This document shows positions 1 to 9,369 of a DNA stretch of 64,000 bases, one piece after another. This stretch comes from Candidatus Saccharimonadales bacterium. GTDB taxonomy: Bacteria > Patescibacteriota > Saccharimonadia > Saccharimonadales > JANWIN01. Each line of letters opens with the position of its first letter. The stretch's first letter is position 1. The notes below the pieces were generated by a model. It saw nothing but the letters and a program-made list of their open reading frames with translations. It had not been told where the DNA came from and did no database searches. The position numbers and the translations under genes are program-made. The stretch is taken from assembly GCA_025449905.1 (NCBI GenBank), contig JANWIN010000011.1, positions 724 through 64,723 on the forward strand. Reading direction: 5' to 3'.

Positions 1-2306
1 AAGGGTTGAGTTGGTACACCACCAATTAAAATTTGAGACACCGTATTAAAGTTTGGCAAACGCAAGATGTCATCGCGTTCAAAAACCGGTTGGAATTTTT
101 TAGTTAAGGCATCGGCATCAACATCAGCGCCGACTCTGAAGGCAATCAACGAACCAATGTTGCCAAATACGGCATCACGAATTTCATCTGTTAATTGAGT
201 AGTAAATTGGTTAGCTACTACTAGATTCAAGCGGTATTTACGAGCTTCGCTTAAAATCGTAGCGAATGAGTCGGTTGAAAAGTTTTGGAACTCGTCGACG
301 TACAGACAAAAGTCCTGGCGATCTTCCTCGTCAACGTTGGCCCGGCTCATAGCCGCCGCCTGGAACTTCATAACAAAAATCATACCTAGCAACTTGGAGT
401 TAAGTTCGCCAGTGCGGCCTTTGCTAAGATTCACGAACAATATCTTTTTATTGTCCATAATCTCGCGTAAATTGAAGGAACTTTTTGACTGTCCAATAAC
501 ATTTCTCATCATTTCGTTACTTAAAAAGGCGCCAAATTTGCTGACGAACCAGCCTAAGACTTCGCTTTTATGGTAGTCGCTGGTTTGAGCCATTTCCCTA
601 TCCCAAAAGTCTAGGACTGTTCTATCCGTTACATATTGTTTGAGCTCTTTTTCATATTGTTTATCGGTGAATACTTTAGGAATATCAATAAACGTACCGC
701 CTTCGGGGTTGGCCATAACCGTCAGTGCGGCGTTCCTAAACCAGTGTTCGTAGCGAGGGCCAATTATGCCCTGATGCTGGGGGTCATAAAGCTTATAGAG
801 CATATTTATAGCTTCCTGGATTAAAAAGTCTCTCTGATCGGGCGTATGGAATTCAAACATGTTAAGTCCCATCGGGTAGTCCATATCGGCTGGACAAAAG
901 TATATGACGTCTTCTGTGCGTTCCCTAGGCACCATAGCCATGAGTTTTTCGACTACATCGCCGTGCGGATCGACAAAAGCAAAACCATTGCCGGCCAGCA
1001 TGTCTTGCAAGGCCAAGTTTTCCATAAATGTAGACTTACCGGTACCGGTTTGACCAACGGTATAAATATGCCGGCGGCGGTCATCGTGACTCAAGCGAAT
1101 CGGCTTTTTAACCCCCCGAAAGATGTTGTAGCCGAGCAAAAAACCTTCTTCCGATACATTACGCGGGCCATCAACCTGTTTGGTCGCCTGACGTTCCAAT
1201 TGAGTTGTTGGAATATTTTTTTCGTCTGGAAAATGGAATAGGGTGGCAAGCTCAATGGAGTTTAAGATATTATCGACGTTTTCCGGCGGAAAAAATCTCA
1301 AGATGTAGGCGGTAATAAAGGATTCAATGTCACGTGACGGCGTGAATTTAAAGCCGTTCTTTCCGGCCGAATCAAACAGCGAGAATGCGGCTACGACATT
1401 GCTTAAAATAGCCTGGGCACGCTGGGAAACGTTAGAAGAAGCCACTACCCTAATTAAGACTTGATATCCAGGATAACGAGTTTTGTCTTCAATGGCATCT
1501 ACAAGACTTTGATCAACTCCGCTTAGTTCATGCCTCTTTTCACCATCCTTACCGGATTTATCTTCGGGTGCTTTATACCACGCCGTGCCAAGCTGTTTGA
1601 CCCACCACATGGTTTCGCCGCCTTTTTTGTCGTTGCCGTCTTTTTTCTTTTTGGCCAAAGCTTGGGCAGTTTTGCGCCAACCGGATTCAGCCGGACGAAT
1701 TAAAATCTGAATACCAGCACCATCTTCTTTGTCTAAGGTTGAAAGGGCGTTTAGTAGCGCCTGCATGGCATCACGCTTGACTTCTTGATAGGTGGCAATC
1801 GGGTAGGCAAAAGGCTCTTTCAGGGTTAATTCGCCGCCTACAGTGCCGCTTAGACGTCCGACAGGGCTAAATATGTTGTGTTCGGCAACTTCTTGCAGCT
1901 GAGCGGTTGGATAGGCGCTAATTACAGCCTGTTTAATGACGTCAACCAGAGCTACTGGTACAGCTGCATAAAAGTGAACGAAGCCACGGCTGCCAACTAT
2001 TTCAAAAGCAAAATGACGCTGTCCATAAAACTTGCTCTTAAAATCTTTCTTAATGGTTGAAGCAATGATGCTATATAAAACTTGAGCTTTAGAGATATTT
2101 TCCTCGACAACATCGCGGACATCGCGCTGGCCGATCTCTGTATCTTCGCTTATCGGCGGTAAATGAATAAGTAGCGGCACCATCTTTAGGCCGCGCTCAA
2201 AATTCTTTTGTTCCCTCAGTAGTTTGCGTGACCTCAGATAAATAGCCAGCCCCACACAGGTGGTCAGGCTTAGTAGGATGAAAAGAACTATTATAAAAGT
2301 TGTCAT
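1..2306 (-). CDS. VirD4/TraG-like (HerA/FtsK superfamily) membrane-anchored ATPase, 3' end outside window
   Basis: Not in ORF track. Manual translation from ATG 2306: N-terminal TM (MTTFIIVLFILLSLTTCVGLAIYL), Walker A DDRRRHIYTVGQTGTGKS near 1030-1085, FAFVDPHGD, Walker B LYVDEFQNF near 285-310. Confidence 0.85.
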   Translation of the reverse strand, partial: MTTFIIVLFILLSLTTCVGLAIYLRSRKLLREQKNFERGLKMVPLLIHLPPISEDTEIGQRDVRDVVEENISKAQVLYSIIASTIKKDFKSKFYGQRHFAFEIVGSRGFVHFYAAVPVALVDVIKQAVISAYPTAQLQEVAEHNIFSPVGRLSGTVGGELTLKEPFAYPIATYQEVKRDAMQALLNALSTLDKEDGAGIQILIRPAESGWRKTAQALAKKKKDGNDKKGGETMWWVKQLGTAWYKAPEDKSGKDGEKRHELSGVDQSLVDAIEDKTRYPGYQVLIRVVASSNVSQRAQAILSNVVAAFSLFDSAGKNGFKFTPSRDIESFITAYILRFFPPENVDNILNSIELATLFHFPDEKNIPTTQLERQATKQVDGPRNVSEEGFLLGYNIFRGVKKPIRLSHDDRRRHIYTVGQTGTGKSTFMENLALQDMLAGNGFAFVDPHGDVVEKLMAMVPRERTEDVIYFCPADMDYPMGLNMFEFHTPDQRDFLIQEAINMLYKLYDPQHQGIIGPRYEHWFRNAALTVMANPEGGTFIDIPKVFTDKQYEKELKQYVTDRTVLDFWDREMAQTSDYHKSEVLGWFVSKFGAFLSNEMMRNVIGQSKSSFNLREIMDNKKILFVNLSKGRTGELNSKLLGMIFVMKFQAAAMSRANVDEEDRQDFCLYVDEFQNFSTDSFATILSEARKYRLNLVVANQFTTQLTDEIRDAVFGNIGSLIAFRVGADVDADALTKKFQPVFERDDILRLPNFNTVSQILIGGVPTQP

Positions 2307-2309
2307 GGC

Positions 2310-2630
2310 CTATTCATTTGTTGTTTGAATATCTTTGTTATAGCGTTTTTTAATATAGTCAGCTTTAATTTTATTTATTTCTTTATTCCTTAGATGTGGG
2401 TTATCTTTAGTTTGTTCGACGATGTGTTTGGCTTTTTCAACCCATTCTTTCTCTATTAAATCGGTGTCATCAGCGATAGCCGGATTAGCAGGCGCTGGCA
2501 TTGCGGCGGGAACGGCTGGACTTGAACCATCTGACGGAGGAATTTGAGGCAAATTGGGCACTGTTGATGGCAGATTACCATCAGTAGGCACATTGTTATC
2601 TGGCGATAATTGATTACTTCCCGAATCCAT
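2310..2630 (-). CDS. hypothetical protein (Pro-rich N-terminus, helical C-terminal domain)
   Basis: 106-aa ORF directly upstream of the ATPase; TATAAT shortly before the ATG. Confidence 0.75.
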   Translation of the reverse strand: MDSGSNQLSPDNNVPTDGNLPSTVPNLPQIPPSDGSSPAVPAAMPAPANPAIADDTDLIEKEWVEKAKHIVEQTKDNPHLRNKEINKIKADYIKKRYNKDIQTTNE

Positions 2631-2667
2631 TTCTTTGCTAAATTATACAGTAATAAAGGGCTTGTGG

Positions 2668-3024
2668 TTATACGTACTTACTAAGATCGAGCTTGGATAT
2701 GTAGAAAATCGTCAGTGCATATACGCTGAGTAAAATAATCGTGTCTTTAGCCGTAAGCTGGTCTATAGATTTAAGAAGTAGTAGTAAGGTGGGCAGGGCC
2801 GCCGCTAGTAAACTGAATTCATAACGCTTAACCCTTGATGGTAGAAGTGATTTTTTAGCCAATAAGTTAAAAATCATTATGAAACTGAGAAATAAACAGA
2901 TGAAAAGCCATACAAAAGGTAAAATTAACAGCCCGGCGGGTAGTTTGTCTGGGTCTGTACTAAAGAGGAATACAAACAACCCAAGATAGAGGAGGATTAG
3001 TACTATGATTTTTTTTCTAGGCAT
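2668..3024 (-). CDS. hypothetical membrane protein (about 4 TM)
   Basis: Hydrophobic ORF. Start placed at MPRKK (3024); the ORF track extends to 3066. Confidence 0.7.
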   Translation of the reverse strand: MPRKKIIVLILLYLGLFVFLFSTDPDKLPAGLLILPFVWLFICLFLSFIMIFNLLAKKSLLPSRVKRYEFSLLAAALPTLLLLLKSIDQLTAKDTIILLSVYALTIFYISKLDLSKYV

Positions 3025-3049
3025 CTTTAGTATCGGCATATATCTATAA

Positions 3050-3200
3050 TAACCCAAATAAATCAAGGAAGCCGGTGGTAAAACCGCCCTTAATTATTAT
3101 TGTTAAGCGCTTACCGTACCGGCTTTAGACTGACCGCTCTTTAGCCCTTTCGGACCTCAGAGCGATGACTTGGAAGTTAAATTTTTGTTTTTAACTCACC
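3050..3200 (-). ncRNA. candidate structured ncRNA or leader, unassigned family
   Basis: Follows a sigma70-type promoter. Hairpins atcgctct-gag-gtccGAAAgggc-taa-agagcggt and aagccggt..ggtaa..ttaa/ttaa..ttacc.accggctt. Confidence 0.5.
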
Positions 3201-3205
3201 CCTAA

Positions 3206-3234
3206 AATCTATCTTATTATTATGCTTATGTCAA
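3206..3234 (-). promoter_or_regulatory. sigma70-type promoter
   Basis: Minus strand TTGACA-17 nt-TAGATT. Confidence 0.65.
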
Positions 3235-3698
3235 TAATTATTGATGTTATTTATACACTAATAGTAAAATTATACCTGTTATTTGAGTATATTTTTTATT
3301 AAAGTTCGTTGTATAATTTATCTATTATTTGTTAATAATTTGTACGAGATGCAGATTGATGATATAAAATTTATCTTTTCCCGCCTATCATTTAAGTTAT
3401 TCAAAGTTATCCACCCTGCATCCCCAAATATGCTGAACTAATTTGTTCTTTTCGTGGAGTACAAAAATTATTATTTCGGTCGTCGAAATATTTAATGACA
3501 ATTTATTGTTAGGAATTATTATGCTCAGCAACTACCCAATTTAAGAAGCCAGCCTTACAAGCAAGCCAATAAGACAGCTGGTAAACATAGCAATGCCGGT
3601 AGCTTATTTTGAGTCTTTAGCAAGATTTTTTGCCACGCATTAAGCCTTAATCACGAAAAGTTATGCACAGGTTTATTTAAAACTAAGCATTAAGGCTA

Positions 3699-3727
3699 TT
3701 GACAGTACTTTATGCAATTTATAAGAT
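3699..3727 (+). promoter_or_regulatory. sigma70-type promoter
   Basis: TTGACA (3699-3704)-17 nt-TAAGAT (3722-3727). Confidence 0.65.
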
Positions 3728-3778
3728 AGCTTTAGCGCTTGAATAAAAAAAGTGCTCAAAAACAAAAATGCTTAAAGT

Positions 3779-3805
3779 AACAACGGCTTCTCGCAAGCCG
3801 TTGTT
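3779..3805 (+). terminator. hairpin, possible intrinsic terminator
   Basis: Perfect 11-bp stem aacaacggctt-ctcgc-aagccgttgtt; weak U-tract. Confidence 0.5.
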
Positions 3806-3857
3806 CTATTAAGACAAGCATTTTAATTAATGTCCGGTTGGCTTTAAAATATTTGGC

Positions 3858-5390
3858 ATGGGAGTCAAACTACAGAGCATTGTAGAGACTGGTTTACAAG
3901 GGGTTATAGTCGACATTGAGTGCCAGATATCAAATGGTCTACCCTCAATTATTATTGTCGGCTTTGCTAATAAGGCTGTTGACGAAGCCAAAGAAAGAAT
4001 TCGCGGCGCTTTTGTTAATTCTGATGTAGATTTACCGCGCAAGCGAATTACTATCAACTTGGCGCCAGCTGACATGCCTAAAGACAGTTCGAGCTTTGAT
4101 TTAGCAATAGCCGTAGCGATTATGTTAAGCGCCAAACAATGCAAAGAAGAGATTCCAGAAGGTCATTTGATAATTGGTGAGCTGGGTTTAGACGGTGCTG
4201 TCAGATCAGTTCGCGGCATAATCGGCAAGCTTTTGGCAGCCCGCCAAATGGGCCTCAAACATTTTTTTATCCCTGTTGGAAATCTAAATCAAGCCAGTTT
4301 AATTCCCGATGTGGTACTTTACCCGGTTAATAACCTGCGTGATTTGTACTTACACTTAAATTCTACAGTTCCTATTAAGCCGGCCGTTGTTGGACCGGTT
4401 AAACTTGGTTCTAAAAGACCAAAATCAAACCAGGATTTTAAGCATATTGTTGGCCAAATTAGAGCCAAACGTGCTCTGGAAATTGCTGCCGCTGGTGGCC
4501 ACAATGTACTGCTGAACGGTCCGCCGGGCACCGGTAAAAGTATGCTAGCCAAAGCCCTGCCCTCAATTTTACCGCCAATGTCCCAAGAGGAAATACTAGA
4601 GGTTACTCATCTGCACAGTCTGGCTAGCAAGAATTATGACGTAATTATCGCCGAACGGCCTTTTCGCTCACCCCACCACAGCGCCAGTGACAATTCAATT
4701 ATCGGCGGTGGCCAAAATCCCCGACCCGGTGAAATAAGTTTAAGCCATAATGGTGTCCTATTTTTAGATGAATTTCCAGAGTTTCATCGGCCATCTATTG
4801 AAGCCTTAAGACAACCTCTGGAAGATCGAATCATATCTGTTGCCCGCACTAAGGATACTGTTGAATTTCCGGCTCATTTTATGCTGATAGCCACCGCCAA
4901 CCCCTGCCCTTGCGGTTATTACGGCATAGCTAATAAGTCCTGTGTTTGTTTGCCGCATCAAATTCTTAAGTATCGTCGCAAGTTATCGGGTCCGATAATT
5001 GACCGTATTGATATGTACGTTGATGTTGATGAGGTTCTGCATAAAAAATTACTGACTGATGAGGCTCAAGAAGATAGTGAAGCTATCGCTAAGCGGGTGG
5101 TTTTAGCCAGACAAAAGCAAACTAAACGCTTTGATAGCGCCAGCAAAACCAATGGCGATATGAGCAATCAGGACATAAAAAAGCTAGCTCTTTTATCTGA
5201 TGAAGCTCGTGAGCTTTTAAATCAAGCCGCCGAAAAACTACAAATTTCGGCTCGTAGTTATATGCGCTCGATCAAAATAGCTCGCACCATAGCTGACCTA
5301 GAAAATTCTGAGTATATTGAGGCTGGCCATATGAGTGAAGCTTTGCAATACCGGCGACGCCCCGCCGAAGTCAGCGCAAGTCTTTATTGA
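3858..5390 (+). CDS. comM: YifB/ComM Mg-chelatase-like AAA+ ATPase
   Basis: ITINLAPAD, GELGLDG, Walker A GPPGTGKS, PFRSPHH, GVLFLDEFPEF, ANPCPCG. Confidence 0.93.
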   Translation: MGVKLQSIVETGLQGVIVDIECQISNGLPSIIIVGFANKAVDEAKERIRGAFVNSDVDLPRKRITINLAPADMPKDSSSFDLAIAVAIMLSAKQCKEEIPEGHLIIGELGLDGAVRSVRGIIGKLLAARQMGLKHFFIPVGNLNQASLIPDVVLYPVNNLRDLYLHLNSTVPIKPAVVGPVKLGSKRPKSNQDFKHIVGQIRAKRALEIAAAGGHNVLLNGPPGTGKSMLAKALPSILPPMSQEEILEVTHLHSLASKNYDVIIAERPFRSPHHSASDNSIIGGGQNPRPGEISLSHNGVLFLDEFPEFHRPSIEALRQPLEDRIISVARTKDTVEFPAHFMLIATANPCPCGYYGIANKSCVCLPHQILKYRRKLSGPIIDRIDMYVDVDEVLHKKLLTDEAQEDSEAIAKRVVLARQKQTKRFDSASKTNGDMSNQDIKKLALLSDEARELLNQAAEKLQISARSYMRSIKIARTIADLENSEYIEAGHMSEALQYRRRPAEVSASLY

Positions 5391-5415
5391 CCCCTGTTTC
5401 AGTGTCTGCTAAAAT
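5387..5415 (+). promoter_or_regulatory. promoter of infC-rpmI-rplT
   Basis: TTGACC-17 nt-TAAAAT, then AAGGAG. Confidence 0.55.
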
Positions 5416-5450
5416 TGCTTTGACCTAATCGATATTAAGGAGAGACGGGT

Positions 5451-5972
5451 ATCGCTAGTACCAATCGCCTGAATGAAGCCATTCGGGCACCAAGTTTAAG
5501 AATCATCGACCAAAACGGAAAACAGATTGGTGTGTTAAGCCGCGTCGAAGCATTAAACTTGGCACGCGAACAAGATTTAGACCTAGTAGAAATCTCTCCC
5601 GACGCCAAACCACCAGTGGCAAAAATAGTTGATTGGGGTAAATATAATTATCAGCGGACCAAACAGTCCCAAAAAAATAAGCGGCGAACGCTAGAGGTTA
5701 AGCAGATGAGAATAGGCCTAAAAATTGGTGAACACGATCTTGACGTCAAGCTCTCTAAAGTGAGCAACTTTTTAGAATTGGGCCATAAAGTTAAGATTAC
5801 GATTTTTTATCGAGGCCGCGAGCTAGCCCATAAAGATTTGGGGTTTAAGTTAGCAGATAAAGTTATTGACCTTCTTGGCGACAAAGCGATTGTCGAACAA
5901 AAACCCGAACTTTACGGCAAGCAGTTAAATTTTGTTATAAGAGGTAAGGTGGTTTCCAGTGCCAAAGCTTAA
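5451..5972 (+). CDS. infC: translation initiation factor IF-3, probable ATC start
   Basis: DLVEISP, KIVDWGKY, RGRE. In-frame upstream extension RLNEAIRAPSLRIIDQNG begins at ATC 5451 behind AAGGAG. Confidence 0.93.
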   Translation: MASTNRLNEAIRAPSLRIIDQNGKQIGVLSRVEALNLAREQDLDLVEISPDAKPPVAKIVDWGKYNYQRTKQSQKNKRRTLEVKQMRIGLKIGEHDLDVKLSKVSNFLELGHKVKITIFYRGRELAHKDLGFKLADKVIDLLGDKAIVEQKPELYGKQLNFVIRGKVVSSAKA

Positions 5973-6153
5973 GACGCACAGCGGTACCCAAAAACGGGTT
6001 AAGATAACTAAAAATGGCAAAGTTCTGCGCCGTCATACAATGCGCAGTCACTTTTTGCAGAAAAAAAGCGCTAGCCGTAAGCGTAAATTTAGTGGGTTCG
6101 ACCAAGTACCTGGCAAGAATGCAGCCAATATAAAGCGGAAGTTAGGATTATAA
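5959..6153 (+). CDS. rpmI: 50S ribosomal protein L35
   Basis: MPKLKTHSGTQKRVKIT; operon position. Confidence 0.95.
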   Translation: MPKLKTHSGTQKRVKITKNGKVLRRHTMRSHFLQKKSASRKRKFSGFDQVPGKNAANIKRKLGL

Positions 6154-6154
6154 A

Positions 6155-6499
6155 ATGCGAGTTAAACGCGGCGTAGCTGGCCATAAAAAGCATCTGAAAG
6201 TGCGCAAGGCCACCAAGGGTATGACTCATGCCCACACCTCAAGTATTAAAAGAGGCCGCCAGGCGCACGTCAAGGCTCTACAGAACGCTTACCGGGACCG
6301 TCGTAACCGTAAGCGCGAGTTTAGGTCGCTCTGGAACATTCGTATCAATGCGGCCGCACGGCAGAATAATTCTACTTACAGCCAGCTGATAGCTGGTTTA
6401 AAGAAGTCTAATATTGGTCTTAACCGCAAAGTTTTAAGTGAACTAGCTGTTAACGAGCCTGAAGCCTTCGCCGAAATCGTTAAGACATCCACAAAATAG
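6155..6499 (+). CDS. rplT: 50S ribosomal protein L20
   Basis: MRVKRG, AYRDRRNRKREFRSLWNIRINAA, LNRKVLSELA. Confidence 0.96.
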   Translation: MRVKRGVAGHKKHLKVRKATKGMTHAHTSSIKRGRQAHVKALQNAYRDRRNRKREFRSLWNIRINAAARQNNSTYSQLIAGLKKSNIGLNRKVLSELAVNEPEAFAEIVKTSTK

Positions 6500-7870
6500 C
6501 TAGAATAGGTGTCGGGTATCTTTTACTCTTTGTTTAAATTCAGTACTTAAGACTTTTTTACCAACATCGCCACGCATAACTGGTCGTTCACCGTCAAACT
6601 TAATCCTGCTGGCGGCTTCATAATTCTCTTCTAATACTACTTCCAGACTTTCACCTTTGTAGGCAGTACGGCCGACTGATAATGACCGGCCAGCATTGGC
6701 TATATAATTTCCTTCTTCGTCTATTCTAGTTCCGTAATCAAAAACTCTAGCTAAATTATCATCAATATCTTTTAAGCCGGTAATAACTTGGCCTGCTTCG
6801 GTCGCGTCCGGATAACCCCGGGCGGCTAAGATTAAACAAGTGCTGGCAGCTTTACGCCAGTGAATTTCAGGCAGTTCACTTAGGCGATCTTGAGAACAGG
6901 CTAAAGCAATTTCTATAAAGTCGCTTTTATCGGTATCTAATAAGGGAGCCCAGACTTGAGTTTCTGGGTCGCCGGGGCGGGCGTTGTCTTCCAACTTCAT
7001 TGGCCCTTCGGCAGTTAGAATTAAGCCAGAGTAAAGAACGCCGGTGAAAGACCGTCCCGATTCGTATAGCTCATTTATCGTAGGTGCTACAAATTGACGA
7101 CCAAGTTTTTCGATATCATCAACTGCAATGCCAGGTGCTGGCGCCACAACCCCCATACCGCCAGTCATCGAACCTTCATCATTTTCGTCAACGGTTTTGT
7201 GATCAACCATGGCAAAGGGGTACATTACGTAGTCCCGTCCATTAACCCACGCATGCAAACCTATCTCGAAACCCACAAGGCCTTTTTCTAATATGACGCG
7301 CTGAGTTAACGAAAAGTCATTTTCTATGTCGGTTATTGGCATTAGAGCCTTGTGTAAGTCATCTAGGCAAGTTATTTTATCGACACCCTTGCCTCTTGCC
7401 GGCCTATCGCGTTTAGAATATAAGGGATTCTCAAAAGTAGCTCTAGGTGTAGCGTATTTTATGGCCTCGTCATAGGTTTTACAGACCACAAAATCCGCAG
7501 TTGGCTGGCCTGTTTTTACCATCAACTCTTTAGAAAAAACTTTAGAGGTCTCTACTTCAGCTGCTTTTTGTGATGGACCAAAAACTGCAATGCCGTACTC
7601 TGTTAGTGCATCACTGGTGCCGGCTAATAGAGCATCTTCTTGGCTTACTATTGCCAGGTCAATATTGTTGTTGCGCGCAAATTCAGCTACGCCCTCGGGG
7701 TCTGTGTGTAAAAGATGTTCACCGCTTTTATCTATTGCTAGGTCAGCTATGTTTTGCACCAGATCACTTCGTTGAGTAGTCCATAGCCTATTGGTGTGAG
7801 GAGATTCATTTGCCAACCAGGCCTCAGCATGAGCCCGAGCCGAGGTGGTATCAACAATCAATACATTCAT
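6500..7870 (-). CDS. purD: phosphoribosylamine-glycine ligase-like ATP-grasp enzyme (divergent)
   Basis: FGPSQKAAEVETSKVFSK, GKGV, DHK, TGGMG, NARPGDPETQ, AARGYP. Confidence 0.8.
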   Translation of the reverse strand: MNVLIVDTTSARAHAEAWLANESPHTNRLWTTQRSDLVQNIADLAIDKSGEHLLHTDPEGVAEFARNNNIDLAIVSQEDALLAGTSDALTEYGIAVFGPSQKAAEVETSKVFSKELMVKTGQPTADFVVCKTYDEAIKYATPRATFENPLYSKRDRPARGKGVDKITCLDDLHKALMPITDIENDFSLTQRVILEKGLVGFEIGLHAWVNGRDYVMYPFAMVDHKTVDENDEGSMTGGMGVVAPAPGIAVDDIEKLGRQFVAPTINELYESGRSFTGVLYSGLILTAEGPMKLEDNARPGDPETQVWAPLLDTDKSDFIEIALACSQDRLSELPEIHWRKAASTCLILAARGYPDATEAGQVITGLKDIDDNLARVFDYGTRIDEEGNYIANAGRSLSVGRTAYKGESLEVVLEENYEAASRIKFDGERPVMRGDVGKKVLSTEFKQRVKDTRHLF

Positions 7871-7917
7871 AAGGTATAGTTTTGCTAAATTAAGCGGCTA
7901 CTGCAAGCATGAGCAAA

Positions 7918-7946
7918 TTAAAAAATCCCAAAACGGGATTTTTTAA
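7918..7946 (-). terminator. intrinsic terminator after rnpB
   Basis: ttaaaaaatccc-aaaac-gggattttttaa inverted repeat with T tracts. Confidence 0.65.
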
Positions 7947-8297
7947 TGCCAGATTATCTGTAAGCCGGGTTTTGTCTGTCTGGTCATCTATCTAGGCCTT
8001 AAGTTGCCCTAAGGCTCGAGCGGTTCTTGTGACGCTTTTAAGGCAGGATACCATTGTTTAAAAGCATCTCCTTGCAGCAAACAGGGTTTACCACTTCGCC
8101 GTGTCACCACTGCGAATTGCGAGCTCTTACCTCGCTCTTTTCACCCTTGCCACCAGCTTTAGGCTGGCTTAGCGGTATAGTTTCTGTGGCACTTTCCCTA
8201 GAGTCGCCTCTGGTTGCCGTTAGCAACTGTCTTTTCCTTGAGCTGCCCGGACTTTCCTCGACAGGGCTACCTGTCGCGACCAGTCGATAATCTGGCA
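7947..8297 (-). ncRNA. rnpB: RNase P RNA
   Basis: GAGGAAAGTCCGGGC, GGAAAGTGCCACAGAAA, ACAAAACCCGGCTTAC; terminal helix tgccagattatc/gataatctggca; TGnTATAAT upstream. Confidence 0.96.
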
Positions 8298-8323
8298 AGA
8301 GTTATTATAACACAACGCTTAAG

Positions 8324-9121
8324 CTAGCTCAAGTCGCTGGCGTCAAGAATTTCGTTTACCATGGCGTCTGCCAGCTTGTTTTGTTCTCTTGGCACATGAG
8401 TATAAGTTATTTGCTCAAAACGCGGCTCTAGGGCCTTAATAGCCTGATAGATGGGTAATAGTTCCCTATGCTTTACCCTGTATTGGCCGGTCATTTGGTT
8501 AACTACTAGCTGGCTGTCCATAAATACATGAATAATTTGCACTCTTCGTTCTAGGGCTTCCTCCATACCGGCCTTCAAAGCTTGGTATTCAGCTTGGTTA
8601 TTGGTGGTTTTGCCCAGATAGTCCCCGCCCTGCGAAACTACTAAGTCATCCATGGTCATTAGCACATAACCGCTGGCTGAAGGTCCTGGGTTGCCGCGCG
8701 AGCCGCCGTCGGAAAATAATTTTACTTCTTTTTCGAACGGCTTAGTGTCTTCAATATCATTAAGTAGTTTTGGCGGAGTTGATTTGAAGGTAAAATGAAT
8801 GACTTTTACGGGTGTGTTCTCGTTTATATCTTGGCCATAATACTCTTGGAAAGTCTTTATCATGGCTTCTTTGGACGAATATTCCTCGTGACCACCAAGC
8901 TCATCACCTTTCATTTCACCTAGATGTTTGGCTAAGATCTGATTTATTCTTGCTGTACCAATTGCTTGCCAAGTTTCGGGATTCTTGCGCTCGACTTTGT
9001 CTACAATCCACACTTCGTCATCTACGCTTAAATTCTTCTCGTCATTAACTCGCCAAGTGACTGTTTTTTGGCCGCTTGCAACTTGTTGGGCCAATTCGTG
9101 ATTAAACTTCAAAGTCTTCAA
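8324..9121 (-). CDS. rnhA: ASCH-domain / ribonuclease HI fusion
   Basis: N-terminal GQKTVTWR (ASCH GxKxxxxR); C-terminal [33 protein letters not shown]. Confidence 0.85.
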   Translation of the reverse strand: MKTLKFNHELAQQVASGQKTVTWRVNDEKNLSVDDEVWIVDKVERKNPETWQAIGTARINQILAKHLGEMKGDELGGHEEYSSKEAMIKTFQEYYGQDINENTPVKVIHFTFKSTPPKLLNDIEDTKPFEKEVKLFSDGGSRGNPGPSASGYVLMTMDDLVVSQGGDYLGKTTNNQAEYQALKAGMEEALERRVQIIHVFMDSQLVVNQMTGQYRVKHRELLPIYQAIKALEPRFEQITYTHVPREQNKLADAMVNEILDASDLS

Positions 9122-9354
9122 GCTTGTGCTACCTCGTCTATTTCTTTGGCTAATTGGTGGTCTTTATCTGTTACTTTATCACCAGCCTCATGCGTATTAA
9201 GCCAAATCTCGACTTTATTGTAGGTGTTAGTCCAAGTTGGGTGGTGGTGGTACTTCTCGGCTAGTTCAGCTACCTGCCCCATAAATTCAAATGCCTCTTT
9301 AAAGTCTTTAAATTTAAATTTTTTATAGAGAGAGTTGTTTTTTTCTTGCCACAT
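9118..9354 (-). CDS. phhB: pterin-4-alpha-carbinolamine dehydratase
   Basis: [32 protein letters not shown]. Confidence 0.88.
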   Translation of the reverse strand: MWQEKNNSLYKKFKFKDFKEAFEFMGQVAELAEKYHHHPTWTNTYNKVEIWLNTHEAGDKVTDKDHQLAKEIDEVAQA

Positions 9355-9369
9355 GCATACATCCTAACA

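Noticed and set aside
337..2060. Plus-strand ORFs at the window start and most short antisense ORFs in the track
   Set aside because: Shadows of well-supported genes on the opposite strand.
3100..3165. c-di-GMP-I riboswitch
   Set aside because: GAAA tetraloop present, but the GGCAAA/GACGCAAA junction motifs are absent.
3200..3700. Replication origin (AT-rich; DnaA-box-like TTATCCACC 3407, TTATGCACA 3661, TTATACACT 3251)
   Set aside because: No perfect box, no dnaA nearby, and genes remain mostly minus-strand on both sides. GC skew was not computed.
8054..8298. ORFs 8054-8290 and 8104-8298
   Set aside because: They overlap the RNase P RNA.
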